This document shows positions 50,952 through 61,744 of a DNA stretch of 64,000 bases, piece by piece. The notes below the pieces were generated by a model. It saw only the letters and a list, made by a program, of their open reading frames with translations. It was not told the DNA's origin and did no database searches. Source of the DNA: Lingula anatina (taxonomy: Eukaryota; Animalia; Brachiopoda); the NCBI GenBank assembly GCA_051362555.1, contig CM120641.1, positions 44,398,401 through 44,462,400 of the forward strand. Reading direction: 5' to 3'. The position numbers were made by a program, and so were the translations under genes. Position 1 is the stretch's first letter; every line of letters starts with the position of its first letter.

Positions 50952-53900
50952 AACTGGAAGATTAAATGTTTGAATAGCATCTTCATTGGAATTATATTTA
51001 CCTCAAGCTCTGCCAAGGGGGTTATATTTTCACCCCTGTTTGTCTGTCATCCACATAACACAAAAAGTTATGGACCAATTTTGCAGAAATTTTCAGGAAC
51101 TGTCGGAAGTGGGCCAAAGAGGACAATGATTAATTTTTGGTGGTGGTCCGGATCAATAATCAATCAATTATCAATAATAATCAACAATTGCTGCCTTGGC
51201 AGAGGTCTGCACTCTCAAAGTGCTTTTCTAGTTTTGTTGTTTTCCTTTATATTTTTTTCTCAAACACTTGCATTTGTGACTTTTAACTCTCATCTGCCTG
51301 GGGCTCTGCACATTTTCTGTATTTCTACATAAGCAGTTGTATTGTTTTTTATGTCTTTAAACATTATGTAATATTATTTTATGCACTGTCATCATTTTTC
51401 AAATATTGAGACTTTCATAATGTGAATTTGAACTCTCATGGTCCTGAAACTGTAATCTTATTGAAGGGGTGGATTGAGACCATCTTCTGGGTCTTCCGGA
51501 AGACAGTCAGGTTATTAACTTTATATTGACTGGTATCTATTTTTTTCTGTTGGAAGACCATCAAAATGGAGGATGGATCAACATAGATACTTTGTAATAC
51601 TGTCAGAAAATACCTCTGGGTCTGCTCCTGTTATTGACCATGTTACCCGTTGTGCAAGATTAAAATTCAGTGTTGACTGACAGTGCTATTATAAGCATTA
51701 TTTATTATTGCATCAAAATTGACAAAATGACCTTTTTTGCATCTTTATTTTCTGTTTTTTGTCTGTACATTTGACAGCTTTGCTGCCTTGTTTTAATTTC
51801 TTTTAGTCAGTTATTTTATTCTATATAAAATGCTAAAAAGAAACTATTCTGTGAATCTGTTTGAATATGTATCATTTTATCCATATGCCTTGCATTGCAG
51901 CAGAGCCTAAGAAATTTCTGTTTTTCAGAGTATTAGAAGGTTGAGGGACAATCTTAAGTTACTTTTCAGTTTTGACTGAAAGAGCATGCTTTTGTTGTTT
52001 CCCATTGGATGGATAGGCTCTGAAAGATTGATCAATAAATTTTAGTGCAATATATTGTGGCGATTTTGGAAGAAATTTGTGAAGCTTTGTTATTTTTGGG
52101 TCAAAGATGGATAACAAATTCAGAAAGGAAGTCTCACTGTTTATAAAGGCAGTACCACAATTATCATTTAGATTAGTCAGAATGCGCATACAAATGGCAC
52201 CAAAATGGTGCACGAGCAAAAGATCCATTTTCAATACAGGCTACTGTGTCCACCTATTCTGTTTCCACACAGGTCTTGAAGGTCAGGGAAGTAAGCGTCT
52301 GAACAATATCAGGTGCAGCCTTTGGTCTTGTGATGTTGGTTGACCATATGTATGAAAATTAATGGGACTCTGTGGCCTGAAAGGGAATGTTTTGCATAGC
52401 ATTGGTTTGTATTTGAAATGCTATTTGTCCTCATCTGTCTGCAATCAGTTGTTTGCACAGAAATTCCCATTGAGTAGATGGCAACATTCTTTAAATGTTA
52501 CAGAGTATACAAGGAGTTAAGTTAATGATTTGAAATTCTTAAATGTATAAAGATCTGCTGTCTATATCCTGCCCTTTACCTTGACAGCCATTTTTCTTGC
52601 ACACATCTTGTGCCCATTGCTGCTGTGCTGTTTTATGTTGAAGTAGCTTCTAGCTGTTAGTGTGGAGGCTGTTGTCAAGTGGCATTCATGATTCATGAGA
52701 AACTTGCACACTCATTATGGTTCCCCTGGCAACTTATTGAAAAACCAAGAGTCTTTCGTCTCTTTCCCATATAGCAGATTTACTTTTGAGTCGGGCCAAC
52801 ATTAATACACCCACTGCAAGGCAAAAAAAAATAAACCGGTTGCTGGAACAGAAGCTGATTACTGTGTGCAGAAATACATTTAGAAAGAGAATAAAGGTGG
52901 AATAATAGAAGCAAAGCTATGGTTTCATTTATTATTAAATTTTATAGTTACACTCAAGTGCACTTTTATTGAGAAGATGCACCTTTTCTATTTAGCTCAT
53001 TATGCTTCAAACTTTTTCTCAAATTGAATTTTGAATCCCTGAAATTGTTAATTGTCACTGTTTTAGTGTCTGGATATTCAGGTCATTTGTCTGGGAGTTT
53101 GTGCGAGGTAACAGAATGCATTTTGATTAATGGCTGGCAGCAGGTTCTTAGCTGCAAGCTCTCTCGGGGAAATCTTTAGCAGCAGGTATCATCATAATGA
53201 TCATTATATTCCCAACCTGGTCTTGGTCTTAGCATGAATTCAGATAAGTTTCCAATTTTGGATCCTGCCATTTGTCTGTACCAAGTAAGACAGAAAAAAT
53301 AAAACATTTTCTGTCAGATTATATTTTTAATTAATTTTTTTTTTTTATTTATTTATTTATTATTGCAGCAGCAGCAGACTGAACAGTTTGCAAATAATTT
53401 ATTGAGTATATTTAGATGTGTACTTGAACAGTAGCTTAAATATTGAAGTAGAAAGGTAGTCAAAGTATTGAGGCTTATGTTTGTGCAGGTTTGCACCTGT
53501 AAACTGTGGATAAACTGCTTTTGTAAACAAGGTGCTTTGGTTTAATTGTTTGCCTTCAAAGTTTTGTCAATACAATCAAGAGTATTACAGTACATTAATT
53601 TCAGTGAAACATATGAAAGCATGGAGCACCCTCATATCAACAAAGCGTCTTGCCCCCTAAGGAAAAGGCTAACAAAGTTCAATAGTCAAGTGCAGTATTT
53701 ATCATGTAGTTATCAGACAGATGACTTGGTCAGATATTGATTACTGCTACATCTTTCTATTATGCTGGCAAACTTGTTTAATTGTCGATAGTGCATTTGT
53801 CAGATGTTACAATACCCATGGTGGCAGAAGGTAAAGTTACAGTACTTATTCATTTTGCTGCTAAGAATATCACCTATTTGTATGTTCCATGGAGAAACGG

Positions 53901-56900
53901 TATGAACACAGCTTGGTATTCTGTATGCTTAAGGCCATTTGATATATTGCCCTAGTTGTATAAATTAATTTATGAAAACTCATATCCATAACAAACAAGA
54001 AAAAAAGAAAGAAAATTGAAATACATGATTCACTTCCAATTTCCAATTGTAAGTATATTTGAGTCATGTAAAAGTCACCAAAAGGTCACAGACAGCTGGG
54101 ATACTGGTGAGGCTCAAAGTGTTTTCTTTTGCATTTTGTCAGTTCACATGAACATGATACACTGCCCAGGGATTCAGGTATCCCATTAGGTAGAGCTACA
54201 TCTTTTGAAACCCCATCGTTAAAGTGGTAATAAGAGACATAAAAAAAGTGATGACAGCTGAAACCTGGAGACCATGTAGCCATACTGTGAGAATGCACAC
54301 AGCCCTTTACATTAGTGTATTAGATATTCAGTAACAACAAATATAGTGCAAGTTAGGCTGCTGGCCTGCTGAAAGGATCAATAATATGCCATTACTTTAC
54401 ATAGAGCAGAGCAAGAGAAGCTGGAGTATTGATTTTGACAAAATGGCTAGTGTCTGTGCACTGGTATAATATCATACATACTGGACATCATTCCACTCAT
54501 AATATGAGTGGAATGATGTCCAGTATTTGTAAGGTCTAGTTCATTGGGATGTTCATCAGGACCAATGGGTGATTGGGTACAGTTGGGTTAACAAGGGACT
54601 TTTTTAACACATGAAAGTTGTAAATTTTATATCCAATGTTAAAGAAGTATTTTGAACTATCAGAGATAGAAATATATATGTTGTCACTTTTAAGGCAAAA
54701 AAGTTCCTACTTGAACATGCCCCCATCCAGGAATATTTTCTCCCTAGACACATAGATGCTAATGTACCTGAATTATGTCCAATCTTCCTATATTTGATAT
54801 AGCATGTGCATTCTTAATTAATTTACCTGTCTGCTTGCTCAGTTAATACAATATAATATATGGGACAAAAATATCTGATTGAAGAAAACATAGAAATGTG
54901 AGAATAGGTTATGATAATTTAGCATATAACTGGACCATGATATGTATATAAAACTTTGCATCCCCGAAAAAAAAAGAGGGAAAAGGAGAAGTAGAATGAC
55001 ATCTTGTACTTGGGAACATCTATGATTTTAAAACATTTGACCTTTAGTAGTAACTGATAGACACTAAAGTTTTCACTATCAGTTGAAGATTTTGATAAGA
55101 CTAGTATATCATTCAAAGACCTATAATTTGCTTGGCAAACTGCTGCATTTTAAAGACTGTCATCTTGAAATTTTACAATGCTTCTTGACATTTTTGTTTC
55201 TTCCATTAACCTGATATTAACCACTTACATAATGTTTGTTGTATGTGTGACCAAACATGGTGATTGGAAGTCTTTTCACGCTGTTGTCAACTAGTTGAAT
55301 ATTGATTGGTGAAAAAAAAGGGTAGGACTTTCATGTGAGACAGAATATAAATTAAGCATAAGGGATCATATAAACAGATGTTTATTAATTTGATGTATCT
55401 CTAAATCTGTAATATTGCCTTTACTGCTGGATACTTTGTTAATTAAATTGACTGTGAGCACAGTTGCATTGCTTCTGTGCTTGCTCCATGCACATTCTAG
55501 CCCATAAGCGACCTGTCTATATTTGCCTGCTTCACTTGGTATTACATATATGTGATATATTTAGACCAATATTTGCTCTTCCCCAAAATAGACAGCAGCA
55601 TGAGTTCATGAAATGGTATACTACTGTGTTGGTATTTAACCACATTACTTGACACTTGATCACTATGCAATGTCTGGTAGTATTGTCAAACTGACCATGT
55701 GCATGATGTCCAGCAATTTGCCCTGTCTGGCCATTTATCAGTTTCAAATGTCTTGTCAAATAGCCATTAAATGAGTAGTGGTTGGTATAATGACCACTGC
55801 CACTGGGCTATTATAACACCTCTCTTGCATAACGATGGTGTGCTGTCTGGCCTAATGGTCAGTTCGGATGGTCAATGTCGATCCTTCAGAGGCCCCCTTA
55901 CATTGGAGGATTTGATCTCCCCCCCCCCCCCCCCCCCATGAAAATTATGGCAGATTTGCAGTAATAGTAAATGTTATTTTTAATCAGAAACGGATAGATG
56001 TGCACAAAATTTTGACCAACTTGAATTGCCTGTCAGTCACATCTACGTATAGGCATTGCTATCATAATCATATTTTCTGAATGAATCACTGTCTATGAGT
56101 AATGTCTTAGGTTTGTTTGATATCCCAGCAAACCATATTGTTTAATAGCTTAGTGCTGAAATGCTTTCTTTTTACATACTCTGGTGTGGAGTTCAGAATA
56201 TTTGTATGAGGGATTTACTTCTATACCAACAAATATCAAATGAAGTGTTTAAATGAAATAAAGAATTACTTAAAAGGACTGGGATAGTCAAAACTAATTG
56301 TTTAACATTTAATTGAAGAGTTATAGAAGGTTGAAGTGCAGTTTGAGAGAGATGGTACATTTCTCAACTCCATCATAGAGTTTCAGACTTATTGAAAGAT
56401 AGAAATCAAAACATTCTAAACAGTTTTACCAAGGGTCAAGTCATGCCCCTCACCCATTACAAAAGCATATATTTTTACTTTACAAGGTCACATATTCCTT
56501 TTATGTATTGTTCATGGTTCCAGAAGACAGCATTCACATGTAACTTTTTACCAGAGAACGTCATGATAATGCTACATCTTATGTAATTTATATCTATCTT
56601 ATTCATTTAGAATGAAACAGTCCAGAAAAATCACACTCAAGTCATCACAAACAACCAGCCTTGTATCTTTTATCAGCTATGGACTGCTATCAACTTTCTA
56701 TAATTTTCTTCAGATGGGCTTAAAGCATATCAAAAGATAAGATTCTCAATAAAGATATTTATTTCACGCTTTAAAGCAGCCAAATATTGATGCAACGATT
56801 TCTTCCTCAGATGAGCATGAAACATATCAAAAGATAAGCTTCACAAACACATTCTGTCTTATTATGCATTACACCAACCAAATATTAAATAATAATTTTT

Positions 56901-57714
56901 TTCTTCCATAGATGAGCGTGAAACAGTCCAGAAGAAAACATTCACAAAATGGGTCAACTCACACCTCGCCCGTGTGGGCTGCCGCATCAGCGATCTCTAC
57001 ATGGACCTCCGCGATGGCAAAATGTTGATGAAGCTGCTGGAAGTTCTCTCAGGGGAAAGACTGGTGAGGAACATTTTCGGAAAGAAATTAATTCCTGTCC
57101 CCTTTAATTGTTTCTTCTCTGCTCTTTATGTCAGATGAGAACTCGCACTTCTTGCAGTGTTCTTCACTATCCATCATTTTCCTACCTTGTCTGAATCACC
57201 TTGTAAAATTGACTTGTTTCAGTCGTGCATCATGTAAAAATATACTCAAAACACGAACATTTATTTAGTTTGAAATGACGCAGGTATTGATTTAATATTT
57301 ACGTGAAATAAGATTCCCACTGATGTATCCAAATACATGTGGGAAATAGAAAAGTTGTTCTGAATATTGCTGTTGTTGATTCAACCATTTGAGAGTTAAT
57401 AGAATATTGCTGAAAACAATGCTGTTGTTAATTCAGATGTTTTTAGAGTAAATATGTAGAAGTTGCTGGAAAAAATTGCAGTCATTATTAGTAATTTTGT
57501 TGTAGAATATTTGCTGAAAATATTGCTATCCCTTATTCAGCCAAGACCAACCAAAGGCAAGATGCGTATTCACTGTCTGGAGAATGTGGACAAGGCATTG
57601 ACATTCTTGAATGAGCAGCGTGTCCACCTGGAGAACATGGGCGCCCATGACATAGTGGACGGGAACCAGAGACTGACCCTGGGCCTCATATGGACCATTA
57701 TCCTGAGATTCCAG
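48146..57714 (+). CDS. SPTBN1: Spectrin beta chain (conventional beta-spectrin), N-terminal three coding exons; gene continues past the window
   Basis: Exons 48146-48275 (…[15 protein letters not shown]), 56912-57063 ([22 protein letters not shown]…[20 protein letters not shown]) and 57541-57714 ([23 protein letters not shown]…[14 protein letters not shown]) give the diagnostic beta-spectrin CH1 domain with consistent phases. The symbol is the nearest vertebrate name for a gene co-orthologous to the SPTB/SPTBN family. Confidence 0.95.
48421..49045. repeat. About 161-bp tandem repeat, nearly 4 copies
   Basis: accgataacac(g/t)ataagtgg recurs at 48421, 48582, 48743 and, degenerate, near 48903; each unit contains gcaggtcaagttcgaaaatcagcatgat. 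Confidence 0.9.
49450..50660. repeat. Old diverged tandem repeat of about 335 bp, 3-4 copies
   Basis: catggg…tgaag recurs near 49479, 49817, 50147 and 50482; attatgtaat(a/g)ttgcatcaaaat recurs at similar spacing. Confidence 0.7.
50875..50949. repeat. (TA)n microsatellite
   Basis: About 37 TA units. Confidence 0.95.
50997..51233 (+). mobile_element. Short HINE-like element nested in the larger element
   Basis: Subterminal inverted repeat ctctgccaagg (51008-51018) / ccttggcagag (51194-51204), a short tgtttgtctgt tract, a 3' hairpin gcact-ctcaa-agtgc and a CTAGTT end. Confidence 0.75.
54478..54526. repeat. Perfect palindrome, 24-bp arms with a 1-nt spacer
   Basis: atactggacatcattccactcata-a-tatgagtggaatgatgtccagtat. 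Confidence 0.9.
56510..56911 (+). repeat. Degenerate tandem copies (about 100-bp period) of the beta-spectrin exon acceptor and exon start
   Basis: AG followed by a sequence like atgagc.tgaaaca…ca.aaga.aa..ttcaca at 56610, 56713 and 56810, upstream of the true acceptor at 56911. Confidence 0.7.
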
Positions 57715-60700
57715 GTGAGATTTCAAGATGAATGTTGTTCTGAAGATGAAAATCTGTCCGAGCAAAGCCTGTTTTGAATTTTAACCAACTGAATTGCATT
57801 TTCTCAGAGAATGTAAAACACTGCTTCCTTTTTTTTTTGTCTTTTAACTAAGCCCTTATTGATGGTATTAACTACCTCTTTTACTCTCTTTTATATTTTC
57901 AGCCAATCATTGTTTATATATATTATTACTTTTGGCTTTTGTGAAGCAAGTTGCAAGATTGAAGTAAATATATATTAAATATTACTCAGTGTTAGCTTTG
58001 GAATTGCTTTTGAAAAATCTAAGAAGTAAAGTGAAATCGGCCACCTGCATACAAACAGCAAGAAGAAAGCAGCTTCCAGCAGATACACAGATATGCTTTT
58101 ATCAATGCTTTTTGCACAAGAGATCAATTTTTGTATTCAGGATATTTTGGTAATTAGGAATAACATGTTGGCATTTATTGATTATCAAACACATTCTGGA
58201 CTGCTGGTGCATCAACATTAATTTTACCAAGAATATTATTCTCTGATGATAAAATTATTTTGGTTATTTAACATTGTATATAAATGAAACAATTGATGTA
58301 CTATTGATCTAAAATGTGAAAACATTGATTATGTTCTGTGGTGATATCCCAGAACTAGGATAAAAGTCCATGTTTAAAAAAAAAGAATTAAAAGCTGGAA
58401 AAAAATTAGAAAATGTACATTTTAGTGACAGTACGATATATATGATGAAAGCAGTGTTAAATTTTGAAAAAAAAAATAATTCTAAGCTATTTCAAAGCAA
58501 CTCTTTTCCCTTGCTATTTAGATGCTTCAAGGAATTTTGGACAAGATGGCTGTATCAGATTCGAACATATCATGCTTGTTCATCTCTTGAACAGAAATTC
58601 TTATCAGATTTTGGGGGGAAATGCTCCCATTTAACAAGTTTAAGAGACAAATTTGTAGTTGGGAATGGTTTTAAAAAAGTACGAAGACTAGCCATAGATT
58701 TCTTTATATAATGAAATGGACAACTTTACTGCTGATTTATCTTGAGTCAAAATTGACAAAAAATTTTGATCTTAAAAGCTATGACCAATATTTTGGTGAA
58801 ACAGCCCTTGGTATTCTAGAAAGGAGATTGAATAGGATTATGGTGTGGTGATGGAATGATGTGAGATTCCTGAGAGGGCATGCTATTACAGGGCTTGTGT
58901 TTTACATGTAGGTTGTATGAAATCCAAGCATAACTCACCATTTTAAATACTTTGTTAAATATGATGTTGGTTCACCAAAGGATGATCAGTGTTTTATTAT
59001 TTATCTATTAATATACTTTTCGTTTGGTTAAATTTAGTTAAATAGTTCATGTTACATGTTTAACAAAGAACAAAGTTTGAAAAGCCAAGAAAATATAACT
59101 AAAAGCTTCAAACATTTACAGTTTGTTGCAAACTTTCACTTTAGGTTGGATTAATCTCTCCATTTCCAGTTCAGGTTTATAATATGTATTCTGCAGCATG
59201 GAATTTGGCATTGTTAGTGGTGGGGTGGGGCTTTATAACAAAACTGGGTCAACTGCTGCTTTTGGTCAGAAATGAAAGCATATGTTTCAGTCCAGCCCTG
59301 CCCCTGTTCCTCTTGTGCTGACTAAGGCGAACTTATGAATGGCATGCAAGTGCTGCAGCTGTCATTTTGAAGGATCAAATTTATACATTGAAACACATAT
59401 ATATATATTATACAGTGTGTTTCGGTATGTTTTTAATTTAAAGAATTAACATTTGCCAATGTTTGTGGATTTATCCAAGTGTAACTCTATCCCTAAATAT
59501 CAAAGTGCTGAAAACATTAAATGTCACACTGTGTTATGGGATATGTAGCATAGCACATAACACATCTATAGGTCTATAAGAGAGTAACACTGAACTTCCA
59601 AGTGCTGCCCTTCACTGCGTGCACACACCCACTTCTCCTCGCTTCAATTGCCTTAATAGTAGTAGCCAATGGAGAACTGCAGGAATTTATTGACATTGGC
59701 TTTGTGAGCTGTCTGCTCGACTTATTCTGTTACAATAGACACAACTCCTACTTGTATTTATTTTGAAAGCTCAGGAATGTAATAGTCTTTTGCACTGGAG
59801 ACTTAGTTTAGTTCCGGAGAAATGACTTTCGCATCATCTTGAATGGGGTGGGGTGTTTGTTGTTGTAAATAAAGACGATTGGTGTGTTAAACTCATTCAT
59901 TTGGCATTCTTAAGAATACACATTTTCTCTTTTGGTCATTTTTATAGAATCAGATATAAGAAAAAAAATTAGGTAGTGAGGAGACAAATAAACAGACATT
60001 TTTATACTGCATTGCGTTCCTTTCGGCAGTTTGAATCTCCCATCAGATGTTTTTAGAGAAATGTTGATGGAATAGATACAATGGAAACAGCAGGATATAA
60101 TGTTTTCCACAGTCCTTAACCTTTCACATTTTGCTGTTAGCTAAAAGCAGATAGATGTTTGTTGATAATGCTGAAGGTCTATGGTGAACTCCAGCTGTTA
60201 TGTGAACTGTTTTAGTAGTTGCCATTCCAGTACACATTATGCAACTCGGTACACATTACGCAGTATTTTAAAGACAGCAGTGTAAAGATATTGGCTACGT
60301 AATATCATATGCATGGCATTTATTTTAGAAGTTAAGATCATCTTTTAAAAGTTAACAGGCACTAAAACATTATTGATACCCACTCTATCCAAGTAGTACT
60401 TAGCTGCCCCCCATCCCCCCCCCCCCCCCCCTCAAAAAAAAAAAAAGAAAAAAGAAAAACTTAACAGTGTCTGACTCATGAAAGCGTAGCATTTGTTCAC
60501 ATGCTAAGGCCACTGACTTTTCAAAATGGGTCACATCATTGTACATGTGCAGCATTTGATATAGTCATTTTGCCCTAAATATCTTAATTATTTTGGCATT
60601 TCATGGAGTGACAGAAATTTTAACGGGCCTGACTTGCAGTCCTGTTTAATAAGAAAAATGTTGCTCAAATTTTGCCACTAGTTTTTTTTTTTCTTTCTTT

Positions 60701-61744
60701 CTTTGAAAATCTAGTTTAATAGGCATTATTTGAATTTGTAGTTACCAAATAAGAGCCCTATGCCCCCCCCCCCCCCGCCCCCCAAATGTGGTATTGTATA
60801 TTACAAGTTGTTTTCTCTCTCTTTGCCTAAGTTCTGTATGTAGAGAATGTTGTTTGCTTCCTATATACAGTTAGAACATGTGCATATATGCTGAAGTACA
60901 CATATGAATCATCCAGGTGATGGTTCTCCGAAGGCAAGTTTAAAAAAAGAGAAAACATGGTTGATCCCGGTGTACCCAAGGCTAAATTATGCAAAAGTAT
61001 TTTTATTTTTTATCTTTGTTGTTGTTTAAACAGACTGCAGGTTGCATAATCAATTAATGCCTTGGTTGTCTGTATAAACTTGCCTGATCTAGATGCAAAC
61101 TAGCATCGCAGTTCCCACAGTGTAAACTGTACTAACCACACCTGAAGCCAGGTTTTGCTTCCTGCTGCAGACACAGCAAGTGCCAGCCAGTCATAAGTTA
61201 AGAACTTCAAGCTGGTGTATCTCAGCTTGGGTTCTAGTACTTAGTATTCTAGAGGTTATATGTTTTATCAAAAAAAAAAAAAAAGTAATTTCAATATGGT
61301 GTCAGGTGAACTGGCAATCCAAGTAAACAATATTAAGAATAATAGTAGTGGTATATTTTTAAGGCTTCACATTCTGTCTGTTAAATTATTTATTTCTGAC
61401 TCTGAAGCTCAGTAGATCATTTTTTTTTTTACCTTGATAAAAAATGTTTGCATCCATCATAGTAGAACACTTCCCTATTGATCTTCCCTTGCCAAACATA
61501 TTTTGCATCTAGATAGCTTTGGGATGTCCCTTTGGAACTTGGCAGTAGATCTCAGGAAATGTCTGTGTTTCTCTGCCACAGGTGATCAGGTAGAAAACTG
61601 ATTCTGGCAAGTTTCTCGTACTTTTTGGCATGAGACTGCTTTTGATTATCACAGCCCTCCAAGGTATATAAGCTGATTTGGGGAACTGCTTATGATATTG
61701 GATGGTGTGGACTGGGAGGAACTGAAACATACCAAGACATTTGA

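Larger units (their letters stand above)
48322..51793 (+). mobile_element. Non-autonomous Helentron-associated element (HINE/DINE-1-like), about 3.5 kb
   Basis: Starts in a T-run. Has a 5' palindrome (tatgtacagacaca-ga-tgtgtctgtacata), a (GTC/GCC)n microsatellite and internal tandem arrays. Ends with a matching subterminal inverted repeat tgtctgtacat (51760-51770), a short hairpin gacagc-ttt-gctgcc and TTGTTTT. Confidence 0.75.

Noticed and set aside
58135-58170. ATTCAGGATATT (IQDI) resembling the start of the next beta-spectrin exon
   Set aside because: No AG acceptor before it and the following codons do not match spectrin; the next exon must lie beyond the window.
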